Below are positions 18,137 through 25,901 of a stretch of 25,901 nt of DNA, one piece after another; position 1 is the stretch's first letter, and each line of letters begins with the position of its first letter. The translations under genes were made by a program, and so were the position numbers. This stretch comes from an uncultured Candidatus Saccharibacteria bacterium. Its GTDB lineage: Bacteria; Patescibacteriota; WWE3; 2-01-FULL-39-13. The DNA lies in assembly GCA_964523665.1 (NCBI GenBank), contig CAZFZJ010000001.1, positions 1-25,901 on the forward strand, in the 5' to 3' direction. The notes under the pieces were generated by a model. It was given only the letters and a program-made list of their open reading frames with translations. It searched no databases and was not told the origin of the DNA.

Positions 18137-18880
18137 GTGAACAAGGTACTTCCCGTAAACAAACCTGTAGGTATTACAAGTTATGATGTAATACGCGAAT
18201 TAAAAAAGCAATATCCAGGGCAAAAAATTGGGCATGCAGGAACATTAGATCCCTTAGCTGATGGGATATTAATTTGCCTAATCGGTAAAAATGCAACCCA
18301 AAGACAGTTTGAATTTATGAATGTCTCGAAAGATTATGTATTCTCCACGTTATTTGGCGTCGGTACGGATACATACGATGTGCTAGGACTAATAAATAAC
18401 ACAAATGAATATAATCCAAAAGATATTTTAGAAAAAATCCCAGAATCCTTAAAAAAATATTCAGGTGTAATTAATCAGCCTGTGCCACCGTTTAGTGCAG
18501 TTAAAATTCAAGGTAAGCCACTTTATAGGTGGTATCTCGATGGGAAAATTTCTGAGGTAGAAATTCCCATCAAAGAAGTTGAAGTCGAATCACTAAAAGT
18601 AGTTAATTATAAAATTATTTCAAGAGAACACTTAAAAGAAAAAATTATCGATACGATTGAAAAGGTTAAAGCCGGTTTCAGGCAAAAAGAAGTATTAGCA
18701 AAATGGGATGAGTTTTTTATAAATTCAAATCAAAACGAATTTGGAGTATTAACACTTAGTGCATCAGTTTCAAAAGGAACTTATGTTCGGGCCATCGCTA
18801 ATGCACTGGGAGAAGATCTTGGAGTTAATGCATGTACCATTACTATAACTCGAACAAGAGTTGGTGATTTTATATTATAA
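18137..18880 (+). CDS. truB: tRNA pseudouridine(55) synthase, without C-terminal PUA domain
   Basis: NKPVGITS, KIGHAGTLDPLADG (catalytic Asp), PPFSAVKIQGKPLY, SKGTYVR. GTG start. Confidence 0.96.
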   Translation: MNKVLPVNKPVGITSYDVIRELKKQYPGQKIGHAGTLDPLADGILICLIGKNATQRQFEFMNVSKDYVFSTLFGVGTDTYDVLGLINNTNEYNPKDILEKIPESLKKYSGVINQPVPPFSAVKIQGKPLYRWYLDGKISEVEIPIKEVEVESLKVVNYKIISREHLKEKIIDTIEKVKAGFRQKEVLAKWDEFFINSNQNEFGVLTLSASVSKGTYVRAIANALGEDLGVNACTITITRTRVGDFIL

Positions 18881-19023
18881 TATAATCCCTTAATTTCTAC
18901 TTAATGTAATCTCTTCCAACCTGTAGATCGAATGTCGTAATTATGTTTGGAGTGTATGCAGTTCATTGGACGGTTAGTGGAGAGAAAGTTTATTATATTA
19001 GTAATAAAAGTACCGAATATTTT

Positions 19024-19479
19024 ATGCCTAAAAAAATTTTTTTATACTTCGTTTTATTATTATTCCCACTCTCTTTAATTGTATGGATTTATTTGAATAC
19101 TCCCCGCGAGGAAATAATCCCCGAAATACCTCAAAATCAATCAAAAGCAGATCCGATAGTAATAAGTTACGTTGATGCTGGTAAACATACCGGTGAATAC
19201 GCAACAGTAACTATGCCTGTTAAATATCAGTTTAATAACGGGAAGTATTTGATCTTTAGTTCCAGGGTAAATCCTCATCACACATATATGGTTCAAGATG
19301 AAAAAGATAGAAATGGTTTTTTTACGGTTAGAATTCTTATTGATGACCTTCATAAATTCCCAGATGATTTTGGGTCGCAGATTCTAGGTAAAGATCTTGA
19401 GGTTACAGGAATACTTACCTGGTATCAAAGTGATCCTCACATTATCGTATCAAAACCATCGCAAATAAAAATTCTATAG
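19024..19479 (+). CDS. Membrane-anchored extracellular OB-fold-like protein
   Basis: N-terminal TM after MPKK (ATG 19024 preferred over 18943); C-terminal pattern DAGKHTGEYATV..FTVRI..GKDLEVTGILTWYQSDPHIIVSKPSQI resembles OB-fold modules that often accompany secreted nucleases. Confidence 0.6.
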   Translation: MPKKIFLYFVLLLFPLSLIVWIYLNTPREEIIPEIPQNQSKADPIVISYVDAGKHTGEYATVTMPVKYQFNNGKYLIFSSRVNPHHTYMVQDEKDRNGFFTVRILIDDLHKFPDDFGSQILGKDLEVTGILTWYQSDPHIIVSKPSQIKIL

Positions 19480-19515
19480 CTTGTAGCAATATTTGAGCTA
19501 TGTTATTTTTACCCG

Positions 19516-19544
19516 TTGCACATACGTAAAGTATACTTTACGCT
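19516..19544 (+). promoter_or_regulatory. Perfect 18-bp palindrome CGTAAAGTATACTTTACG (19525-19542) within a candidate promoter TTGCAC-N17-TACGCT
   Basis: Self-complementary sequence read directly; ends 35 nt upstream of the 19578 ATG. Confidence 0.55.
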
Positions 19545-19577
19545 GGGTGTATAGCCTAGTAAATTTAATTATTAATT

Positions 19578-21566
19578 ATGAATAAAAAAGAAAAGAAAAT
19601 TAACCAAATAATTTTTGGGGCGTGGTCAATTTTTGCTACAGTCCTTTTGCTAGCTAACTATTTTGTTTCCGATGGTAATGTATATGCTGAATCGATTACT
19701 CGCGAATTTAAAGCAAATACGAGCTATAACATAGATGGAAATTCGACTAATCGAGCAGGTAATTCAATGTGGATTGGAACAGGGGAGAATATTGAATCGA
19801 GTTATGCTGTTTTTAAATTTGATAATGTTGTGATACCTAAAGGCGCTGAGATAAAAAAAGCAAATTTTAATGTTCGTTCAACTGAAACCCAGTGGTTAAG
19901 CCTTTCATTCTCGATAATTGGTAAAAGAGTTGATCAAAGTTATAGCCCTGATAATGGTAATATAAATGAGAATTTGGTTTCTAGTTCAGTTAATTATTCA
20001 AGTAACGAGAGATGGAATAAAGGTAAGTGGTATAAGATTGGAGATGTTAAAAAAATTATAGAGGAAATTACTTCCGATAGTTCATGGCAGAGTGGTAACT
20101 CAATTGTAATTGTAGCGAAAGGTACTGGATCACAATGGGGAAGAAAAAGTATAAATGGATCAGGATCAAATGCTGCTAAATTAACGGTTGAGCTAAATCA
20201 ATCAGTGTCCCCTACTCCTACTCCAACACCATCGCTTTCAATTACTCCTACACCTACGCCAACCCCAACAAATGTTGTGATTCCAGTTCCTACACCGATT
20301 CCGACAGTAAGTCCAACAGTTATGCCAACTCCAATGCCTACCATGACTCAGACTGGTAGTAATTCAATGGCGATGGGATTATGGACTCCTTCGAAATGGG
20401 ATACATGTAGCAAAGCATCTCATGATAGTTTTTCAAAGATTGGTCCTGATGGTAAAAAATATCCAACTTGGCACCCACCCTCGGCAGTTGATCCGGCCAC
20501 TGGAAAAACTTGTAATTTCGGACACGAACACGGTCGTAACCCAGAAGGGTCTGATCTCAATACTTTTATAAATCAGCAATATGGTGGGATTCTGTTTGGT
20601 TATGCGAACGAAAAATTAGATGAATACAACATTTCAAAAGGTATTAGCAATGGAATGCGGCATGAAGATCATGTTGGTCATAAAATCGAATGGGAAAATA
20701 ATGTTCGGTTGAATGTAAATCAGTGTAATCGACCGGCATCGATTGGTTGTTTCGAATTTATTCCGACAAATGTTACCTGTGATTTTTTGATGAAGGTACA
20801 TCAAGGGACTCATTCAAAAGATGCCTTTGCTAATAATGTTCATGAGTTAGCTTATTTTGTTCAATGTAGTGATGGGACAAAAATCGCAGCAACTAAAATG
20901 GTTCCATTTGGAACTCCTGGGGAATTCATGACAACATGTGATAAGAATCGAACCATTAGAGTTGGGGGTGCCACACCGTCCAATTCTCCAACGGGCGGAG
21001 GAGTTAGATTTATTTCAGATTTAAGGTGTGTTGATGAAAATATTTATGTTCCATCAAATCAATTTTCTAATTTTTCTTTAGGGCTATATGAAGATTGGGT
21101 TTCTTCAAATTATTTAGTAACATCAGGAGGACGAACCCTTGCATACTTCGATCCACACTTTGCTGTGTTTACTCCAAGTAGATATTATGACCCTACAAAA
21201 CCAGATAATGTTGGAAGATCAATCGATTTATGTTATGGAGCTGGAACAAACGGAGAAAAAGCTAGGGGTGGCGAATGTGATGTGGTTAAGCAATATTCAG
21301 ATCGTATAACCTATGATGATCCTAGATCGCCTATGAATGGTGTGCATAGGGAATTTTATTTCAATCAGACCTGGATAGATAATGAAGGTGGACCAACGAC
21401 TTGGTATACCGATCCTTACGGCGGGAATGCATCTACAAGTTCATTTGTAGGTGCGATTAGACAGTATATTTCAAGTACCGATAACTATAATAAGACGATA
21501 TATGAGTCCCAAGCTATCGGATCAAACAGATACTACGGTGGTAATGGAGTTCACGCACCAAACTAA
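19578..21566 (+). CDS. Large secreted/surface protein: signal or TM segment, beta-sandwich (DNRLRE/CBM-like) domain, Pro/Thr linker, His/Cys-rich C-terminal domain
   Basis: 662 aa; N-domain pattern AVFKFDNVVIPKGAEIKKA; 13 His and 10 Cys, all in the C-terminal ~395 aa. Confidence 0.85.
   Translation: MNKKEKKINQIIFGAWSIFATVLLLANYFVSDGNVYAESITREFKANTSYNIDGNSTNRAGNSMWIGTGENIESSYAVFKFDNVVIPKGAEIKKANFNVRSTETQWLSLSFSIIGKRVDQSYSPDNGNINENLVSSSVNYSSNERWNKGKWYKIGDVKKIIEEITSDSSWQSGNSIVIVAKGTGSQWGRKSINGSGSNAAKLTVELNQSVSPTPTPTPSLSITPTPTPTPTNVVIPVPTPIPTVSPTVMPTPMPTMTQTGSNSMAMGLWTPSKWDTCSKASHDSFSKIGPDGKKYPTWHPPSAVDPATGKTCNFGHEHGRNPEGSDLNTFINQQYGGILFGYANEKLDEYNISKGISNGMRHEDHVGHKIEWENNVRLNVNQCNRPASIGCFEFIPTNVTCDFLMKVHQGTHSKDAFANNVHELAYFVQCSDGTKIAATKMVPFGTPGEFMTTCDKNRTIRVGGATPSNSPTGGGVRFISDLRCVDENIYVPSNQFSNFSLGLYEDWVSSNYLVTSGGRTLAYFDPHFAVFTPSRYYDPTKPDNVGRSIDLCYGAGTNGEKARGGECDVVKQYSDRITYDDPRSPMNGVHREFYFNQTWIDNEGGPTTWYTDPYGGNASTSSFVGAIRQYISSTDNYNKTIYESQAIGSNRYYGGNGVHAPN
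20208..20352 (+). repeat. Degenerate (Pro-Thr)n coding repeat forming the interdomain linker
   Basis: SPTPTPTPSLSITPTPTPTPT..PTPIPTVSPTVMPTPMPT; synonymous codons vary, so not a recent DNA tandem expansion. Confidence 0.85.
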
Positions 21567-21594
21567 AAGCAGAGAGTTAGTTTGGTGTTGTGTT

Positions 21595-21622
21595 CTGGAG
21601 GCCTTTGGCCGCCGGTTTAATT
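21595..21622 (+). terminator. Probable intrinsic terminator for the 19578-21566 gene
   Basis: CTGGAGGCC-TTT-GGCCGCCGG stem (one mismatch, one G-U pair) followed by TTTAATT, between convergent genes. Confidence 0.5.
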
Positions 21623-21656
21623 CCATCTGATTAAATTTAGTTTAATATTACTTACA

Positions 21657-22877
21657 CTACAAGCCTAATACTCTTTTAATTGAAAGAATAAAAGCTGCTG
21701 TTCTAAAATCAGTATTATGTTCTCTTGCGATTTGTGTAATTTCACCAAAGGCTTTCTCTAATTTGTATCCCATTTCAGATAAGACTTTATCTTGGTTCCA
21801 TTTTTCGTCATGCATGTTTTGATACCATTCGTAATATGAGACGGTGACGCCTCCTGCGTTGGCAAGTATATCTGGAATAAACTTGATTCCACTTGAGTGA
21901 AGTATTTCATCCGCTTCAGGAGTTACGGGTCCATTGGCTAGTTCGATTATGTATTTAGCTTTGATTTTCGATGCATTATTAGAGGTGATTACATTTTCGA
22001 TTGCTGCTGGTACCAATACATCACATTCAACCTCTAATAGCTCTTTGTTTGTAACTTCTTTTACATTGCCAAATCCTTTAAATGACCCGTGTTCATCTTT
22101 GAATTTTTTTGCTTCTGCTAAAGAAATCCCTTCGGGATTATATATTGCGCTTTTTGAATCACTTATCGTTACAATCTTGTATCCCTTTTTCTCGGCATAT
22201 TCTACAAAATAGTATGCGACGTTTCCGAACCCTTGTACGGCAACAGTAGTTGTTTTGGGATCCATTTTCTCAAGGAGTGTGATTTGGTCTAATATTACTC
22301 CTCCCCCATATCCTGTTGCTTGGGTTCGGCCTTCTGAGCCTCCGTTTGTCAGCGACTTTCCTGTAAAGGTTGCGAGTGATTTTGGGTTACCTGTGACTTT
22401 TTTGTATTCATCAACCATCCAATCCATGATTTCAGGGGTTGTATACATATCAGGTGCTGGTATATCTTTTTCAGGGCCTATTATATCAGCGATTGCCCTT
22501 ACAAATGCTCGGGAAAGTCGCTCAAGTTCTGTTTTTGATAAAGTTTTTGTATCAACAATTACTCCGCCCTTTCCTCCTCCGTATGGAATATCTGCCACTG
22601 CACACTTCCAAGTCATCCAGCTAGATAGTGCCATGACTTCATGCTCATTTACATCGAGACTAAATCTAAGACCACCTTTATAAGGACCGCGAACATTGTT
22701 GTGTTGAGATCTAAATCCTGTAAAAACTTTTTTTTCACCGTTGTCTAATTCGACTACAAAATTTACCTTCACTACTCTACTTGGCTCTGTAAGGTATCTG
22801 ATTTGTTCATTATCGAGACCAAGGATTTTTGCTGCTTTGTTTATCTGCAGGATTGTATTTTGAAAAGAATCATTCAT
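21657..22877 (-). CDS. gdhA: Glu/Leu/Phe/Val dehydrogenase, probably glutamate dehydrogenase
   Basis: RGPYKGGLRF, MTWKCA, PYGGGKGG, DIPAPD, Rossmann QGFGNVA, ELANGP, NAGGVTVSYYEW. Confidence 0.95.
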   Translation of the reverse strand: MNDSFQNTILQINKAAKILGLDNEQIRYLTEPSRVVKVNFVVELDNGEKKVFTGFRSQHNNVRGPYKGGLRFSLDVNEHEVMALSSWMTWKCAVADIPYGGGKGGVIVDTKTLSKTELERLSRAFVRAIADIIGPEKDIPAPDMYTTPEIMDWMVDEYKKVTGNPKSLATFTGKSLTNGGSEGRTQATGYGGGVILDQITLLEKMDPKTTTVAVQGFGNVAYYFVEYAEKKGYKIVTISDSKSAIYNPEGISLAEAKKFKDEHGSFKGFGNVKEVTNKELLEVECDVLVPAAIENVITSNNASKIKAKYIIELANGPVTPEADEILHSSGIKFIPDILANAGGVTVSYYEWYQNMHDEKWNQDKVLSEMGYKLEKAFGEITQIAREHNTDFRTAAFILSIKRVLGL

Positions 22878-22912
22878 AACTAACCTTTCTAAAAATATGT
22901 ACTAGGTTAGTT
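22878..22912 (-). promoter_or_regulatory. 9-bp inverted repeat AACTAACCT-N17-AGGTTAGTT abutting the gdhA ATG and covering part of its Shine-Dalgarno-like AGAAAGG
   Basis: Perfect arms at 22878-22886 and 22904-22912. Confidence 0.5.
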
Positions 22913-23148
22913 GAATTTACTCCTTTTTGACTAAGAATGGAATGAGAGGGAATTTTGACTTTACGAAGTCGGATTGTTTTTATTTGCTGTAATTGCTTTC
23001 TTTCCGGGTCATCCCTGCGTCAAGGTGTTATTATTCTAGTGGGTGGCTGATTTCCTGCATTCACCTTTCTTTATTTAAATCATATTGATAACGCCTACCA
23101 TGTGTTGCTTCGAATCTATCAACATCTTCTTGTTTGAGTTTACCTCAC

Positions 23149-24147
23149 CTATTTAAATTCTTTTTTAAATATTTTAACTATAAGTTTCTCTAGACCTATA
23201 ATATCTGATTTTTTAACCAGATACGATTCCCCGTGATAACCCTGTGCCGGTAAGCATAAATTTACTGCTACGCTATGTCCATTATTTTCAAAGTTAGAAG
23301 GTTCAAGTATCGGAAGTGTATTGGAGGAGATGAATCCCCTTGTAAATCCAGTTTTAATTTTATCTTCAAAATACGTTCTAACTTTCTCATGAATGATATA
23401 GTTTCCACCTCGATACATAACTAAAGGCTTCCCGGTTTCATAATTAATCACATCACCCGCTCCTAATTTATGATGAACTGGGCAGTAATCAAGTACCACT
23501 ACTAAGTCAGGATTGAATTTATGGCCTAATCCATTTGCACTGTGGTCTTCCATTTCTTCATCTGTAACAAAAGCAATCGCATTATTAACTAGAAATTCAG
23601 GATGTGTTTGAGCTATTTCGATTAAAGACAATACAGCGATTTTATTATCTAGCGCGCTCGAAATAATTAAATTTTCAGTTTCATGGAATTCTTTAGTGAA
23701 GGTTCCAGTTTGCCCTGGGGTAATTCCCAATTTATTCACCTCATCGATTGAATCTACTCCGATTGAAATATATAAATCATTGAAATCTTCTATATTTTCA
23801 ACCTTTAATTCCCTATCGGGTAGTACTACTCCTTTTATTTGTTGGTCTTTGGATTTTATATAAATGGTCTGATGGTTCATCCTATTTGGGAACACCCATC
23901 CTACTGGCAAAAACTTAATTCGACCATTATTAAGGATTTGAGTGACTTGAAATCCAACTTCATCGAAATGAGCAGTAAACAAAACTTTTGGGTTATTGAT
24001 GTTTCCTGCGATAATAGTATTGTTATTTAATACTTGAAACTTAATATTTGAGAGTGCTAATTCTTTCGAAATGTATTGAATAATCTCGGAAGAATCTCCT
24101 GCAACGGAATGCTTTGTTGTTAGTTCTTTAAGCTTTTTGTAATCCAT
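23149..24147 (-). CDS. M42-family metallo-aminopeptidase (TET/FrvX-like)
   Basis: Metal ligands in order: AHFDEVGF, ALDNK, DEE, LD, YH; also GGNY and PILE segments. Confidence 0.85.
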   Translation of the reverse strand: MDYKKLKELTTKHSVAGDSSEIIQYISKELALSNIKFQVLNNNTIIAGNINNPKVLFTAHFDEVGFQVTQILNNGRIKFLPVGWVFPNRMNHQTIYIKSKDQQIKGVVLPDRELKVENIEDFNDLYISIGVDSIDEVNKLGITPGQTGTFTKEFHETENLIISSALDNKIAVLSLIEIAQTHPEFLVNNAIAFVTDEEMEDHSANGLGHKFNPDLVVVLDYCPVHHKLGAGDVINYETGKPLVMYRGGNYIIHEKVRTYFEDKIKTGFTRGFISSNTLPILEPSNFENNGHSVAVNLCLPAQGYHGESYLVKKSDIIGLEKLIVKIFKKEFK

Positions 24148-24168
24148 TAAATAATTATAATTAAATAC

Positions 24169-25901
24169 TTAAAACTCAACTCCGTTTGTAATTACTTGAT
24201 TGGTTAAATCAATCCACCGTTTAGTATATTCTCTAACGAAACTTTCTAAAACTCGTGTTCTTTGTTGTAACTCGCTGTTAATTTGTTTAATTTGTTCTCT
24301 GTATGCTAAAGCGATAGCCACGCGAGACTGATCTAGAGATGGATTTTCCCGGAGTTTCTGCTCAACAAGGGGACTAATATCAGCTTCATAAATTTCTTTA
24401 TATTTTCTTTTCGCATTTTGTTTAATAGCACGTTGTAGTCTGGTTTGGGCATCTCTTTTTAATGCTGCTATTCGACTTGGATTCCTAAGTAAATTTTGAT
24501 TTTCTAAAACATCTAAATCTGACCGATCCTGCAAACCTAAAGCAACCAATTGATATTGTATCTGAATATATTCTAGACGGTGTAAAATAGCATTCGCAAT
24601 AATGTTTGCTTTCTTACCTTTCAAGCCTTCAACAAATAATTCCCCCGATACTTCTTTTCTTAAGATATTCATTGCGGCGTCCCTTTCATTTGGATCACTT
24701 GAATCTTTCATTTCTATAGCATCTTTAAAATTTTTAATGCTAATACATAATTTTTGGTATTCAGAAGATAATAAACAACATTGCGTCTCTATCTCTTCTA
24801 GTTGTGAGTCTTCCAAATATTCTAAGATTTGTTTTACTAATGAATTGGGGTTATTACTATTTTCTCCCCTTAATGGTTCTATTTGTAAGCCAATGCTCGT
24901 CAAATAATCTTGGATTGCTTCGTATTCAGAACGTGAAATTTCCGAATCTAATTCTAATTCTGCTAATTGCTTCTGAATCCTGTATTTTAGGTTTGGCAAA
25001 TTATTCAAATCATCAATATTAGATTGAATATAATCAATTTCTTCTCCATTAAACCCTAATAATGTAAGGAGATGATGATCTTGATCATTCTGAGATTGTC
25101 TATTTGCCAGCATAAATACGGCCACTCTTACTGAATGTGGTAGATGTGACAATTGATGATTGTTGGTAGCTAAACTTTCTAAAGCAATCGGATTATACAT
25201 GTACAATGCATGTAATATGTTTGTTGCAGACACCGTTTCGCTTCTTTCACTACTTCGAGGAACATCTCTTTCAGAAGGAAATTGTTTCAATATCTTATCC
25301 CGAAGGCTTCTAAGTGCAAGGGTTACATTTCGATCTATTCTTCTAATATCTACTCTGGCAACTTTTTCCTTCGGGTCATAAATAAAATTTGCGCCATTGA
25401 AGAATCTAACATCATCACTCGCGAACTGGTCACCTACCTTTTGAAGTAAAAGTTTTAATTTCCGACGCTCGCTTTCTGGCAAACATAGCAATAGTCCTAA
25501 ATCTGGTGGTATATTAAAATCGCCTTCCGTTCCTAGTAATGGTTTCGGTGTTGCAATGCTTGTCATTCCATATTGTACTTTTGTATACGACATTGCTGCA
25601 AACGGCCCCCTAGGTTGTTCGTAATCATCCGCAATAATTGTAGCTTTATCACCTATAGCCATTCCTAAAATTGTATAGTAGCCTACTCCAGAGGGCTGAA
25701 TTGGATATTTAGATTGAGCTTCTGAATAAGTCATGTTTTGAATACTTTGGCAGATATATCTGTATGTTAAATATGGCTCACCTTCAAAACCTTCAGGGAA
25801 TGGGGCCTTTAATCTCAGATTGATACGTTTGTTGCCCATGAAAACAATCGGCTCACCATTTTGATTAATTAAGGTCGTTTTGCCATCTCTACCGCTTAAT
25901 C
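24169..25901 (-). CDS. Large hypothetical protein, 5'-truncated by the window edge; helical/coiled-coil C-terminus
   Basis: The frame stays open upstream of ATG 25839 to the edge (..LSGRDGKTTLINQNGEPIVF-MGNK), so the protein is at least 576 aa. Confidence 0.8.
   Translation of the reverse strand, partial: LSGRDGKTTLINQNGEPIVFMGNKRINLRLKAPFPEGFEGEPYLTYRYICQSIQNMTYSEAQSKYPIQPSGVGYYTILGMAIGDKATIIADDYEQPRGPFAAMSYTKVQYGMTSIATPKPLLGTEGDFNIPPDLGLLLCLPESERRKLKLLLQKVGDQFASDDVRFFNGANFIYDPKEKVARVDIRRIDRNVTLALRSLRDKILKQFPSERDVPRSSERSETVSATNILHALYMYNPIALESLATNNHQLSHLPHSVRVAVFMLANRQSQNDQDHHLLTLLGFNGEEIDYIQSNIDDLNNLPNLKYRIQKQLAELELDSEISRSEYEAIQDYLTSIGLQIEPLRGENSNNPNSLVKQILEYLEDSQLEEIETQCCLLSSEYQKLCISIKNFKDAIEMKDSSDPNERDAAMNILRKEVSGELFVEGLKGKKANIIANAILHRLEYIQIQYQLVALGLQDRSDLDVLENQNLLRNPSRIAALKRDAQTRLQRAIKQNAKRKYKEIYEADISPLVEQKLRENPSLDQSRVAIALAYREQIKQINSELQQRTRVLESFVREYTKRWIDLTNQVITNGVEF

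Noticed and set aside
22985-23100. SRP-RNA-like CCGGAAAGAAAGCA and fluoride-riboswitch-like TGATAACGCCTAC fragments
   Set aside because: The closing helix of the GGAA loop does not pair, and the 5' part of the fluoride aptamer is absent.
23061-23147. Protein-like 27-codon frame GKLKQEDVDRFEATHGRRYQYDLNKER bounded by TGA codons, raising TGA recoding (code 25)
   Set aside because: No start codon. TGA cleanly ends several genes (6861, 8948, 12410) and never interrupts conserved ones, so code 11 holds. At most a gene remnant.
25873-25899. LSGRDGKTT as a Walker A motif
   Set aside because: Leu occupies the first Gly position of GxxxxGK[ST].
1-25901. CRISPR arrays, tRNA/rRNA genes, transposases, integrases, phage genes
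   Set aside because: No regularly spaced repeats, no cloverleaf or T-loop motifs in the intergenic gaps, and no such protein motifs seen.

Overview
AT-rich chromosomal window, standard genetic code (TGA is used as a stop), most likely from a Patescibacteria/CPR bacterium, probably Microgenomates-like (inferred from gene style, shortened enzymes and many Pro/Thr-stalked membrane proteins). It holds an SOS/nucleotide-excision-repair cluster (uvrA, two membrane proteins, uvrB, lexA), RNA-modification genes (SpoU/TrmH family, rsmI, truB), lower glycolysis/gluconeogenesis genes (gpmA-like, eno, ppsA, phosphohexomutase), a peptide/amino-acid catabolism pair (M42 peptidase, Glu/Leu/Phe/Val dehydrogenase) and many unannotated membrane or secreted proteins. 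No rRNA, tRNA, CRISPR array or mobile element was found. Signals not shown in the ORF track: a direct-repeat TTCGG-N6-TTCGG operator in the lexA promoter with a second copy at uvrA; -10 boxes 6-10 nt before 13 start codons, suggesting leaderless transcription; a frameshifted GT2 glycosyltransferase at the left edge; a 33-aa membrane micro-protein; an 18-bp palindrome upstream of a secreted protein with an unassigned His/Cys-rich domain; and a hairpin covering the gdhA ribosome-binding site. All assignments come from reading motifs by eye; no searches were run.
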